Origin: Candidatus Poribacteria bacterium
GTDB taxonomy: Bacteria > Poribacteria > WGA-4E > WGA-3G
DNA length: 64,000 nucleotides
Assembly (NCBI GenBank): GCA_963663765.2
Contig: CAXXUA010000004.1
Coordinates: 96,001 to 160,000 of the forward strand
Direction of reading: 5' to 3'
The notes under the pieces were generated by a model. That model did no database searches. It was not told where the DNA came from and saw only the letters and a program-made list of their open reading frames with translations. The position numbers and the translations under genes are program-made. Positions 50,264-60,476 of the stretch are shown one piece after another. Every line of letters starts with the position of its first letter. Position 1 is the first letter of the stretch.

Positions 50264-50570
50264 TTATTTTAACCTCCACTCCACCGGACGTTCAACGATA
50301 AGCGATTCAACATCTTCATCAAAATAATCAGCAATTTCTTGTAATAATTCAGGGGTTGGGTTCTGTTTGCAGTGCTCTATACGATTAAGTAATGTTTGGC
50401 TTATACCTAACTCTTCTGCCAATTTTGCTTAAGTTATGTAATTTTTCTTGCGTAGGTATATATACAATGGAGAAGAATATCTTGCCGTGTTCTGTTGTAT
50501 TTTCTGGTATATTTTGTTTTTTCAATGTTGACAACTCTTTATTATCTAACATTTTAGTCAAATCCTCCAT
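50264..50570 (-). pseudogene. XRE-family HTH regulator pseudogene
   Basis: LRKKNYIT*AKLAEELGISQTLLNRIEHCKQNPTPELLQEIADYF: in-frame TAA at 50429-50431 and an apparent upstream frameshift. Confidence 0.7.
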
Positions 50571-50704
50571 TTCAGTAAAGTAAAACAAATTAGGGATTAG
50601 GATAACAAAACTGAAGGTTGTATTGTTTAGATTATGATGCAAGAATTAGTGGTTTCTGTGCGGATCCTGTTACATCAGATTTCAACTACAGCAATTATAA
50701 TATT

Positions 50705-50893
50705 TCGGTGTCCAGTGTTTCTAAGACTCGGACATCGGGTGTGCCAAAGGATAGCATGGCGAATTCGTCGGCGAACTGGTGCATCAGATGCTTCATGATC
50801 TCATCGTATAGTTCCTTGCTATGTGTTGTGCCTTTCGGCACGTAGGACAAAGTCAACGTTTGCAATGCCGAATTCGGTAACTTTGGGGTAGTA
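50705..50893 (-). pseudogene. Remnant of an rbsK-5'/rpn-5' junction
   Basis: Aligns with 24809-25000: rpn first ~38 codons plus a degraded rbsK start fragment. Confidence 0.8.
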
Positions 50894-50970
50894 CTTTTCA
50901 GTTTGGTGTGGTTAATATGATACTGAGAAAATACAAATTCCTAGCGTGTAAAATATTAGAGTGGATCAAA

Positions 50971-53160
50971 TTAATATTCAACATCATGCTCAGGAAAATC
51001 ATCCATCTCGTCCACTTCATCATCTTTAGTTTCTAATATAGATTGAGCAACTTTTCCTCTAATATCTTCTAAATCGCGATCTATCTGTACTTCGTTAATA
51101 AGAAATGATTTCTTAAAGGCATTTTTTACTGCTTGAAAAGCTCTATCATCAAGGGTTTTCTGAATTTCTACTTTTTTTCTATCAGCAGGTGGAAATTCCT
51201 TTTCCCATCTTTTATATAACATTTCGTACATCTTCGGTCTCCATTTTTTTTGGACTACCTCAATACTTTCCGTTTCTACATCCTTTTGTCCACTTAAAAG
51301 CTCAAGAATAAGATACCTAAAGAAATAGCCATCTGATGGGTTTATACCACCACCAGGTGCATAAATGTATCTTAAACTTTCAGATTCTGGATTATTATCA
51401 AACAATATTTCCTTTGCACCTATATTATTTTTAAATTTTTCATTGAGACGATCAATCCATTTATCCACGTAACTTATAAAATCCTGATTTTCTGTAATAC
51501 CTAATCTAGCCTTAAGATAAGCAAATGCCATGAACATGCCGGACTGAAAAGCATTTGATCCGAAACAGTCGAATAATGAATTTACTTTTCTAATTTGGTT
51601 CTTATCTGGTTTCGTATTAAGTTGAAGGTACAACCTTGTTCGGCATATTTTAAATTCTTCTTCTATTGCTTTCAAAACTTCCCAAGCTTTTTGAATGTCA
51701 GATTTTACTCCATCCTTTTTCTCATTATCTTGTTTAGTCTTTCTCTTTTGCTTTTGGTCTAATGTGTGTCGTAGTCCTTGCCCCTCAACAAGAGCAATAT
51801 AAGCAATTTTGTTTTCTCTAATATGGCGTTCACAAGTTTCAAGGGTGGTATCAACAGCTTCAATATGTTTTGAGAAAGGATAAAAGTTACTTAATGAATT
51901 TACCATTACTCGTCCCCATCCTTCCTCAAAACATTGACGGAACTTAACTTCACCTTGTCTTGGATAATTGTTATACGTAATATTTGATATCTCAATGCCG
52001 TATTGCTCTTTTTCTTTTTCTGTCAACTTAGCTTCCAAGTTCAATTCCCTACGAAGGCGCTCATTATTTTCTGCAGGTCTTCCACTTCCATATTGCGCCA
52101 ATGGGTTCCATATAGTTTCATCCCTTGTTAGTAGTATAGACCTGAGAGTGCTGTAAATACTGTAAACATTAGTTAGGGCAAGAGGGCGAGTGGTAGGAAT
52201 TTTATCATGTGGATTGTCATATTCAGTGTGATGCAATTGAAGCATATTGGTTTCAGTATTTTGCTTCACCATATTGAATAGTTGACGAGTAAAACAGGCT
52301 ACTAGATCTGTGTCATCTAGGAGAATCTCACGAGCTTTTGATGGTTGACGAGCATTCCGGTTGACATCAAGAAAAAGTCTACGACAAGCTGTTGTCAAGT
52401 TCCTTTCTTCATCTATTTGACCTTGGTCTGCTTGATTCCCTAAAGTTAGTTCAGGGAAATATGCAATACAAACGGGTAGGTGAATTTGATGAAGAATGGA
52501 TTTATCTGATATATCATCCAAGTTGATTTCTTTGTAAAAATATTGAAACCCATTTCCATCCCATTTATTTGATATACCCCGATATGCTGCTAACATTGCC
52601 ATAGCACGATGCTGTCCATCTACTATAACAAGTTTTGCCTGTGTAGGATGAATACATAGATCTACGGAAGATTGTGCCAATTGTCCATCTAATCCCTTTT
52701 CACGTTTCACCGAAAAAACGTTACCATATTTAAAAACTTGAAGTGGTACCTCATCTTCCTCATCCGGTATTTCAATACATTTAGGATAAAGTTCATTCAT
52801 ATTTTCACCTTTCATGGGAACTATAATAGCTAATATAGGTGGAAAAAATCTAGGTTCAGAGAATACCTCTCCAGGGTATTTATTACCTAGCAGATAAGGC
52901 ACCATTTCTTCAGAGACTCGATAATCATCAAGATCACGTTGAAGTAAATGATCAAAACTTAGATCGTTTAAACTAAATACTTCACGAACAGGAACAAGTA
53001 GATCAAGAAGTTGCCCATTTGGGGTGTTACCTTCATCAAGTGATGCATATGTTAGAATATATTCAACTGTTAAATTTGCATTAGGGACTTTAAAATGTCC
53101 TAATACACCACGCACATCAATAGTGGCGGGGGGTTTAGTAAGATTAGATCTTCTCTGCAT
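50971..53160 (-). CDS. DGQHR-domain (DndB/ParB-like) protein
   Basis: LQRDLD, FFPPILA, IVDGQHR, LFLDVNRNA motifs; 729 aa. Confidence 0.88.
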   Translation of the reverse strand: MQRRSNLTKPPATIDVRGVLGHFKVPNANLTVEYILTYASLDEGNTPNGQLLDLLVPVREVFSLNDLSFDHLLQRDLDDYRVSEEMVPYLLGNKYPGEVFSEPRFFPPILAIIVPMKGENMNELYPKCIEIPDEEDEVPLQVFKYGNVFSVKREKGLDGQLAQSSVDLCIHPTQAKLVIVDGQHRAMAMLAAYRGISNKWDGNGFQYFYKEINLDDISDKSILHQIHLPVCIAYFPELTLGNQADQGQIDEERNLTTACRRLFLDVNRNARQPSKAREILLDDTDLVACFTRQLFNMVKQNTETNMLQLHHTEYDNPHDKIPTTRPLALTNVYSIYSTLRSILLTRDETIWNPLAQYGSGRPAENNERLRRELNLEAKLTEKEKEQYGIEISNITYNNYPRQGEVKFRQCFEEGWGRVMVNSLSNFYPFSKHIEAVDTTLETCERHIRENKIAYIALVEGQGLRHTLDQKQKRKTKQDNEKKDGVKSDIQKAWEVLKAIEEEFKICRTRLYLQLNTKPDKNQIRKVNSLFDCFGSNAFQSGMFMAFAYLKARLGITENQDFISYVDKWIDRLNEKFKNNIGAKEILFDNNPESESLRYIYAPGGGINPSDGYFFRYLILELLSGQKDVETESIEVVQKKWRPKMYEMLYKRWEKEFPPADRKKVEIQKTLDDRAFQAVKNAFKKSFLINEVQIDRDLEDIRGKVAQSILETKDDEVDEMDDFPEHDVEY

Positions 53161-53162
53161 AG

Positions 53163-53846
53163 TTATCTCCTACCTAAAATAGGGTAAAACATCCTATTTA
53201 GTAATGTTTCAGTAACCTTTATGGTTTCAATTAATCTTTCATCTGACAGTTGTGGGTGAGATACGTAGGTAATGCTAACAGCAAGATGATTAGGATCAAT
53301 TTTTCTCTCTAATATCCGCTGTGCAAAGTTCTTATCGTTTTGTAAAGCCAACTTACTATCAACAGAATTATTTGGTGTTTCAACATCCAGATGCTCTGTC
53401 TGTTCTTGATATTCTTTGCGATATTTTTGAATAAGTTGTGTGTGTCCTCTTAAACGTTGTTGAAGATTCTTTGACACTCCGATGTATAAAGGTCCAGTGA
53501 ATAGTGGGACAACCGACTCTAAAATTTCACTAACTATCTCTCTTTCTTCAATCTGATTAAGAACTTCCTCAAACTTTTTGGAAAAAGGTCTTTCATCATG
53601 TCCGTACCAAATATGTCTCAAATCTCCATTCAGTTTCATACTGAAATGTCCCCGCAGCTGCATAGCTAGAGTTGGATAGCAAAGTTGTTCATTTATTCTC
53701 TTGAGTGCTTTTACAAAATTATCAGATGATTTTATATTGCTTTTTCCTGGGACAATTCTAAGGTACCAAGCATAAATACCTGGTTTCGCTTCAACTGCAG
53801 GCAATTCTCCAAAGGATAACAATTTATCAGAGGTATTGAGATTCAT
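53163..53846 (-). CDS. GIY-YIG-like nuclease
   Basis: PGIYAWY...LYIGVSKNLQQRLRGH...E..L....P motifs with a long insertion. Confidence 0.75.
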   Translation of the reverse strand: MNLNTSDKLLSFGELPAVEAKPGIYAWYLRIVPGKSNIKSSDNFVKALKRINEQLCYPTLAMQLRGHFSMKLNGDLRHIWYGHDERPFSKKFEEVLNQIEEREIVSEILESVVPLFTGPLYIGVSKNLQQRLRGHTQLIQKYRKEYQEQTEHLDVETPNNSVDSKLALQNDKNFAQRILERKIDPNHLAVSITYVSHPQLSDERLIETIKVTETLLNRMFYPILGRR

Positions 53847-53875
53847 TGATTACTTTATTGAGATAAGATCTAGTG

Positions 53876-54694
53876 TTATTTATGACAAACCAAACAAGGT
53901 TCCTCGTCATCTTCGTCATCGTGAACATCAGTAAGAATTTCTATTAGGCGACGATTCGGTTTTTCCTTTTTCTTGAATGCTTTCGCCTGCTCGGTGCGTT
54001 CCTTGATTTGTGCCATCCGTTCTGGGTCTGCTAATTCCTCAAGACTTTCACCCTGACTCCATGTGAATCGTTCACCTGTTTCTGTGTTGAATTTCTCGTA
54101 ACTCTTGGCAAGTTCAAATAGGTCGGGGTGTTGCTCTAAGAGTCCCACCCATTCGGATTTGCGTTGGAAGAAGCAGAAGTAGCACCCGGACCGCGTACGC
54201 CAGTTGTAATAGTCGGGTAGACCGAGTCCGCTCTCCTCCAGGATTCGGAAAACGTCCACTTTGTTGATGCCATCCTCTTTGAATGGATATTTGGGGAGTA
54301 TGTTTTGTAGGGCAGTTGTTTTTAAGGGTTTGTAACCGACACGATCCTCGTCTGCACGGATAGCGACGTAGTTATATGCATTATCTTTACCTACGTACTC
54401 TTCAAAAGGTCTAATTTTGAGTTTGATGGTACACCAACGAACTTGTGAGGATGGTAACAAACCACCGTGTAATGTCAACCAGTGGTCAAAATCGCGTTCT
54501 ATGTTGAGTCGTGCGATTGGTTTTCCGAGGAAAGCTTCAAGGCGATCTAAAAAATCGTAGGTCTCTGGCAATTCTTTTCCAGTATCGGTGAAGAAGTATT
54601 CCATTTCTGGCACTCTCTCTCGCATGTAGACTGCAAGTGCTGAACTGTCTTTTCCACCAGATAAACCGAGAAGATGACGTGTTTTTTTTGCCAT
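53876..54694 (-). CDS. PAPS-reductase-family protein (SspD/BrxP-like), copy 2
   Basis: SGGKDS, RWCT, RSGCYFCFFQ, C-terminal CLVCHK. Confidence 0.92.
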   Translation of the reverse strand: MAKKTRHLLGLSGGKDSSALAVYMRERVPEMEYFFTDTGKELPETYDFLDRLEAFLGKPIARLNIERDFDHWLTLHGGLLPSSQVRWCTIKLKIRPFEEYVGKDNAYNYVAIRADEDRVGYKPLKTTALQNILPKYPFKEDGINKVDVFRILEESGLGLPDYYNWRTRSGCYFCFFQRKSEWVGLLEQHPDLFELAKSYEKFNTETGERFTWSQGESLEELADPERMAQIKERTEQAKAFKKKEKPNRRLIEILTDVHDDEDDEEPCLVCHK

Positions 54695-54739
54695 TTTACT
54701 CTCCTAAGATATGTTTGTTGTATTACTGCGTTGTTTTCT

Positions 54740-54859
54740 TTAGGCGACAAGTCTACCTGCAAAGTATTTACGGTCGGGTCCTACCTTTCGCACCCGTAAC
54801 TTTTTTAAGTCATATTCGGGCAAAAGATCGTCTTTCATTGTTGCATTATCCTTTTTCAT
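54740..54859 (-). pseudogene. Truncated BrnA-like antitoxin fragment
   Basis: DDLLPEYDLKKLRVRKVGP resembles N-termini of small antitoxin-like proteins; only 39 aa. Confidence 0.4.
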
Positions 54860-55005
54860 AATCTTCTTTTCCATACAATTTATTATACCATAAGTCCCAG
54901 AAAAAATCAATATATACAGAGGCATTGGCAGGGTTATTTAGTTTTAGGTGGGATCTATAGTTATATTGTGATAGGACAGGTATTTGTTTTGTCCAGTTTG
55001 TCAAT

Positions 55006-55393
55006 TCAACTGAGTCCCTGTTCCAATTTTTCCTGAATATCTTCAGACAACCTTGTATTTTCTTGAACTGTATCACTTGTGGTACCGTCTTGAATACTCT
55101 CATCTGAAAGTTTTTCATACTTTGCCATCCGCTCCATGCTCTCTTTTCGAACACTAAATCTGATACCCTTGAAGATGCCGTTGTTATTATTCCTCAGTTC
55201 TTCAAGGGGTGCTGCTAACGACTTTGCTGATATGTAAAATTGATACTCAGTGTCCGTCCTAATTTCTTGAACTCAAAGGAAAGGGGCATATCCAAAAGTT
55301 GCAAGTATAACATCTGCATCAGAAATTATTTCTAATTCTATCCATTCGGTATTGACTTTTAAAAACGGTGGTAATTCTTTCTACATAGTTCAT
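55006..55393 (-). pseudogene. Disrupted hypothetical gene
   Basis: ELPPFLKVNTEWIELEIISDADVILATFGYAPFL*VQEIRTDTEYQFYISAKSL...; internal TGA at 55273-55275 and a frameshift after the ATG. Confidence 0.55.
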
Positions 55394-55443
55394 ACTTCTC
55401 TTAATTGTACTAAAATTTGGGCGGTTCCTGTGAGGTTACAGAA

Positions 55444-55947
55444 TCATAGCAGGGCTTCGGCGAGTCGTGCATGATCTGACGGTTCCTCTGTAAAAGTATC
55501 AGAGTGCAGTAGTTTTTCAAAGGAATCGGAGAGGTTCCATATTGGTGTTTGAGGTCCTTCGTTTAGCATTTTCACGATGTGCGGAACGCCTGCGGCTGCG
55601 AGACCGTTAGCAATGTCCATCATCCCGCGTGCGCTGAGGACAATCTCTAAGTTTCCTTTCACGGCTATCGCAATTAACATTATCGCTTGCGCCTGCCAAC
55701 CATCAGTGTTAAAAATTTCGCCACTAATAATGCTAACGGTTTTTTCTTTTGATAAATCAATCTTTTTAAGATCCTTACGCGCTGCTAGCGAGAGTCCAGC
55801 AAACCACAGATCAACCTTCCGTGGAAACGGACTTTTATCTGATTTTGTGCGCTGTCCTGCTTGGCAGTATTGATCATAGTCTGACTGCTGCGAAGTCGGT
55901 GATATAATTTGCATATTGCGAAAAGGATTATCGTATTGTAGTGTCAT
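55444..55947 (-). CDS. Hypothetical protein in a DndE-like position
   Basis: ATGA overlap with the ATPase; PFPRKVDLWFAGL motif. Confidence 0.65.
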   Translation of the reverse strand: MTLQYDNPFRNMQIISPTSQQSDYDQYCQAGQRTKSDKSPFPRKVDLWFAGLSLAARKDLKKIDLSKEKTVSIISGEIFNTDGWQAQAIMLIAIAVKGNLEIVLSARGMMDIANGLAAAGVPHIVKMLNEGPQTPIWNLSDSFEKLLHSDTFTEEPSDHARLAEALL

Positions 55948-58055
55948 ATCAAATTCCTAAGAGTCCTTTGTTGGATTTCTACTTCAACATCCGTTCGTCT
56001 CTTACACATTTTGCATTCCCCGAGGTCCGCGCAAGGACATCGGAGTGCCTGAGGTTCGTTTATATGTGGATCGTTCACTAATATGTTTGGGTAGTGTGCC
56101 GAATTTGTAATAGTTATCACATGTTCTGCTTCATCTGCTATAATATCTTCACAGTCTTTAATTTCAGAGCGCGTCAAAAAGAGGATAAGTTGTGAACTTT
56201 CTTTGACGGCGGTTTTGAGAACAGAACGTTTTACAAACCCATCCATCATTCCGAGTGGTGTGTCGATCACGTTAGGGGCTTCCACTTCACTCACCTGAGT
56301 AAGAGCGAAAATAAATGCAAGCGTTAGTGCGCGTCGGGAGGCACCGTTTAAATCTCTATCGGGATTCAAAGCGCGTTCATTGGGTCCGTAGACGAGAATA
56401 TCAAAATCTTTACTGATTTTGGCTTTCTGAATGATTGAACCCTGTTCAGCATCCGCACCGATCATTTCCAAAAAGAGATTGTTCATCAACTGACTCACTT
56501 TTTGCAATTCTTCGTTTGTGATTCGGTTGTAGGAATTCTGAAAGATTTGCGATATGTCACGCGTAGCATCTAATTTGGCTAATATCCGTGTTCCTCTCCT
56601 ATGCTTGTTTATAAGGTTTTTATGCGTAGCTGTCAAGGACCTTTGCCGTTCCTTCAGACGTTCGAGTTCTCTTTCATGATCTATACGGGTGTCATTCAAA
56701 GATTTACGTTGAGCAATGTACTGCTGCTTAGTAGAGCGAAGTTTTTGAATGTCGGTGTTCCCTATATCCTCAAGTTGGACTTCAAGTGCTGCGAGCTCCT
56801 TTTCTAATTCCTCGCGTTGCCTGTCAAGTTCATCATGATGCATCGAGATTCTTTTGTACTCAGCACCCCAGTGTTTGTCATTTGTGTCATCCTTTGGATT
56901 CAGGACTAATGAGCCGTAATAGAGGTCGGTAAGACATTTTTGGAGTTCGTCCGCGCTCCGACTCTCCGTAATCAGTCGTTCAATATGTTCTCTACGACGC
57001 TTCCCGTCTTCTGATTGTTTATCCAACGCCTCTCCACAGATGCAGGTAACACCTATAAGTCGTTCTACAAGCACCGGGATCGTTAGGCTCGGGAGCTTCC
57101 CCTGATCGCGCAGTTCATTCAATTTCTCAAAACTTAGTTCTAAAACCGGCGCAAGCAGATCTCGGAATAGCGTTGGATTTCTAAAGAGTTGTGAATGTTC
57201 GGATGCCAGTTTTTCTTCTCTATCTCTGATACGATTTAGTTCTGTCTCTGCCTTTTTCAATTTACGATTAAGTTCCTCTTGGTCTCCCTTGACTAATGCC
57301 GCTTCAATATCTCTATCAATCTCAGTTAAACTTTGATTTACTTCATCAAACTGCTGTTTTGCATCGTCTCTTTCATTTTCAACAAGTTCGATCTTTTTAT
57401 CGATTTCCTCCAATTTCGTAGCAATTTGGGCGAGTTCTGTATCAGATGCGAGATTCTTTGAGTTTTTATTGAGACCAGCAATCGTCTTTTTTAAATGATC
57501 AAGAGCAGCCTCAATCACATCAAGTTCTAACAACGAGCGAATAGCTTCCTGAACCTGTTCACGTTTGGCTTTTAACGAGTCCGATTCAATGAAGCTGAGT
57601 GCTCTGTCTCCGTCGGTGAAAAATACCTCGCGCAAATTAGGAGGTAAAAATAATCGTGATATCTGTGCTTCTGGATGTTTAATACGGTCACACCCGGTTT
57701 CTGACAGTTCAAATAATTCAATTTTTGGGTTTAGTCTGTTCCCATCCGTTGTTTCCTCTACCGAACGAATAAGTCGGTATCGATTCGTTACCTCAAAATC
57801 CACTTGCACGGATATCGGAATTGGCCTTCCGTCCGGAACGTTCCAATCAATTGGGAATAGGCGATATCCTTTACCCCTGTTTGGTAATGCGTTATCACCA
57901 TAGAGAGCCCACTGAAGCGCGTTTAAGATAGTCGTTTTGCCGCTTTCATTTGAGGCTCGAATTACCGTCAGTTTTTTGTCGTCCCTTGTGGAAAAATCTA
58001 ACCTGAGATCTCGTAGCAGACGAAAGTTTTGAAATTTCGCGCAAATTAGTTTCAT
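55944..58055 (-). CDS. SMC/Rad50-like ABC ATPase (DndD-like, CxC hook)
   Basis: NESGKTT Walker A, FFTDGD, coiled coil with TCICG, LNGASRR signature, VIDTPLGMMD Walker B. Confidence 0.9.
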   Translation of the reverse strand: MKLICAKFQNFRLLRDLRLDFSTRDDKKLTVIRASNESGKTTILNALQWALYGDNALPNRGKGYRLFPIDWNVPDGRPIPISVQVDFEVTNRYRLIRSVEETTDGNRLNPKIELFELSETGCDRIKHPEAQISRLFLPPNLREVFFTDGDRALSFIESDSLKAKREQVQEAIRSLLELDVIEAALDHLKKTIAGLNKNSKNLASDTELAQIATKLEEIDKKIELVENERDDAKQQFDEVNQSLTEIDRDIEAALVKGDQEELNRKLKKAETELNRIRDREEKLASEHSQLFRNPTLFRDLLAPVLELSFEKLNELRDQGKLPSLTIPVLVERLIGVTCICGEALDKQSEDGKRRREHIERLITESRSADELQKCLTDLYYGSLVLNPKDDTNDKHWGAEYKRISMHHDELDRQREELEKELAALEVQLEDIGNTDIQKLRSTKQQYIAQRKSLNDTRIDHERELERLKERQRSLTATHKNLINKHRRGTRILAKLDATRDISQIFQNSYNRITNEELQKVSQLMNNLFLEMIGADAEQGSIIQKAKISKDFDILVYGPNERALNPDRDLNGASRRALTLAFIFALTQVSEVEAPNVIDTPLGMMDGFVKRSVLKTAVKESSQLILFLTRSEIKDCEDIIADEAEHVITITNSAHYPNILVNDPHINEPQALRCPCADLGECKMCKRRTDVEVEIQQRTLRNLI

Positions 58056-58309
58056 TGGGTAACCTCTGTCGTTAAGTTGTCTATATCGCGTTTCTTGGTA
58101 AGAAAATCACCAGCTACATGGCATGCATCGTCTACTTGTTGTTGGATATTTGTTTTTTGCCCTTTATGCTCTCTTTCAGCATTAAGAATTTCAACTATCG
58201 CGTCAAGAACTTTTTTCCTGTAACCGTCGCGTCTTTCCTCAATAGATTCACATTCATTGAGAATTAGTTTTACCATTTTTTCCTTGTTAAATGACATAGT
58301 ATCCTCCAC
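58052..58309 (-). CDS. Small protein associated with the CxC ATPase module
   Basis: 85 aa, coupled to both the helicase and the ATPase. Confidence 0.7.
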   Translation of the reverse strand: MEDTMSFNKEKMVKLILNECESIEERRDGYRKKVLDAIVEILNAEREHKGQKTNIQQQVDDACHVAGDFLTKKRDIDNLTTEVTQ

Positions 58310-60435
58310 TATGTGTAAAGGGTTTTTACCAGTTGGTCGAGATGGTTTAAAGGCCCATCCGGTCTACCAAAGTTTTTCGCAAGGTAAGCAAACGCTTGGA
58401 TTCGCTTGAGTTCTGCCTCGATTAACGCACGGGCACCAGCGTCAATGTTGTTTAAATCAGGGGGTAAAACTACGAAATCATGAATTTCACTGTGTGTTTT
58501 GCCCGTTTTGTTACACATGCGGAGAAGCCTCCCGCGCCGCTGCACCCATTGCCGCTCTACTGTAGTGCTTGCAAGGATGAACGCTTTTTCGATCTGTGGA
58601 ATGTTAACGCCTTCATCAAGCACACGCTTTGCAGTCAGTACCTGCAAGGTCCCTTCTTGGAATGATCGAATAATCTCACTCGTCTTTTTATAGTCTGCAG
58701 TTTCTATATGAGTGAGTTGACGAAAGAGAACGTTGTGTTTGTTCAATAAAGCGTTGACATCTTTCAGCTGCTGGGGTGCCTTGTCAGACGTGTAAATCAA
58801 CATATACCGGAGTCTGTCGAAATCCTCGCGTTGCATTAAAACATTTTCTAACACAGTAATTTTATTTTCCGCATTTTCCAAGATAGCCCGTCTGTCTCTT
58901 AGTAGTTTCAGGAGATATTCGTTGTCAATGTCACTGCTCTCCTGTCGCCATGCATTTTTCCCAATCTTTTCCGTGAGATCGTACCATTTTTCCATTTCAT
59001 CTACCGTGAGTTCAACAGGATGGACATAGTATTCATATTCTACAAGGCATTTTCCAATTGCTTCTTCAAGTGTAAATTGAATAACAATAGGTCCAAAAAA
59101 TGAAAATAGTTCGTCAGTTCCATATTCGTCGTATTGACGAATTGGGGTTGCAGATAAACCTAACCTATAATCAAAGAAGTCGGGCGGATCTGCTATGAAT
59201 CCCTCACTTCCGAGGTTATGGACTTCATCCGCGATAAGCAAAGTGTTACAGTCAAATTTCTGAAGTTCAGTTTTAAAATCGCTGTTACAAAGTGTGCGGT
59301 GCGTAACTACGACTCCCTCAACAGTACTGCTGCCGTTTCGGAGTCTCCGTCTGAGTTTGTTAAGTTCAAGTGCCCGTCCCTTTGCTCCATTCACCTCGGT
59401 TAGATTAACTGCCTTGAGTCCAAATGGTGTAATTTCATCACACCACTGTTGAATGAGGGGAACATAAGGTACTGCAACAGCGATGAGGAGCGGTTTCTGC
59501 ATTTCATAAAGTCTATGTGCACAAACCATAGCAGTGATAGTTTTTCCTGAACCCGTTGCCATTTCTAGTACACCCCGATAACCAGCTTCGCACCAAGCAT
59601 TGACAGCTTTGCCTTGATGTTCAAAAGGCCCTTCATCAAATTGCAGGTATGATGGAATAGCAAATGAAGGACATGGCGACTTACTGATATCGTAAGTTAC
59701 TTCGGATTCTTCTATTGAGTTCGTTGTATCTTCGTAGAGTGTACGGAGATCACCTTCTGTTGGCGGGGTATCTGAACGGTAGGTTTTCAATAGATTTTCC
59801 TTAATTGCTTGTGGCATTGAAATGACGGTACAACTTTCATCTTTATTTGCCCAGAGTTGTTTGAACTGGTCACAAAATCTTTCTGCGGTATACTGCTGGT
59901 TAGTGTCCTCCCATGATTTGGATATAGAAATTTGCTCAATGTTTTTCTGAATACCAGCATACGTCATATTGCTCGATCCGTGTGCTGCTATTACATCATC
60001 ATGTTCGGTAAAGAGCCAAACTTTCGGGTGGAAAAGGGCATTTTCCATCAAGGAAATTCTAATTTTAATCCTTCCATGACGTAACATCCACGAAAGACAT
60101 TTCAGCGTATGTTGCTCAACGAAGTCTTCAGAAAAAATAATGTCTTTTAAAACCTCGCTTGCGATTTCTTCTGGAGAAACTATACCTTCTTTTATAGCAT
60201 TCTGATCTTCATAACTAAGAATAGGATTGATAACTAAGCGAAAACTTCCCTTAGATTCGTTTATAAAGGTTGCTAAACCTGGAGCAAGTGACACCAAAAC
60301 CTTGCTAGAGAAGAAACCTATCATACAATCAACACGTGTTGCAGATTTGAAACACGGAATTAGCACTTCTTTGGGAAATGGCTCTTTTGGCAATATGTAT
60401 AGTGGTCGAATCTTAGAAATTGTTCGAAACTTCAC
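58309..60435 (-). CDS. PLD(HKD)-nuclease-SF2 helicase fusion (Dnd-associated restriction-like)
   Basis: FHPKVWLF...GSSNMT; MATGSGKT, DEVH, LSATP, LDEGVNIP, QRRGRLLR. Confidence 0.9.
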   Translation of the reverse strand: MKFRTISKIRPLYILPKEPFPKEVLIPCFKSATRVDCMIGFFSSKVLVSLAPGLATFINESKGSFRLVINPILSYEDQNAIKEGIVSPEEIASEVLKDIIFSEDFVEQHTLKCLSWMLRHGRIKIRISLMENALFHPKVWLFTEHDDVIAAHGSSNMTYAGIQKNIEQISISKSWEDTNQQYTAERFCDQFKQLWANKDESCTVISMPQAIKENLLKTYRSDTPPTEGDLRTLYEDTTNSIEESEVTYDISKSPCPSFAIPSYLQFDEGPFEHQGKAVNAWCEAGYRGVLEMATGSGKTITAMVCAHRLYEMQKPLLIAVAVPYVPLIQQWCDEITPFGLKAVNLTEVNGAKGRALELNKLRRRLRNGSSTVEGVVVTHRTLCNSDFKTELQKFDCNTLLIADEVHNLGSEGFIADPPDFFDYRLGLSATPIRQYDEYGTDELFSFFGPIVIQFTLEEAIGKCLVEYEYYVHPVELTVDEMEKWYDLTEKIGKNAWRQESSDIDNEYLLKLLRDRRAILENAENKITVLENVLMQREDFDRLRYMLIYTSDKAPQQLKDVNALLNKHNVLFRQLTHIETADYKKTSEIIRSFQEGTLQVLTAKRVLDEGVNIPQIEKAFILASTTVERQWVQRRGRLLRMCNKTGKTHSEIHDFVVLPPDLNNIDAGARALIEAELKRIQAFAYLAKNFGRPDGPLNHLDQLVKTLYT

Positions 60436-60476
60436 CTATTGTCACTTTCCTTTCAACGCATTGTATTTTAATCTTT

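Noticed and set aside
54846-55154. Transposase remnant ending in the MITE A terminal repeat
   Set aside because: No transposase motifs; a different frame gives a more coherent disrupted gene (55006-55393).
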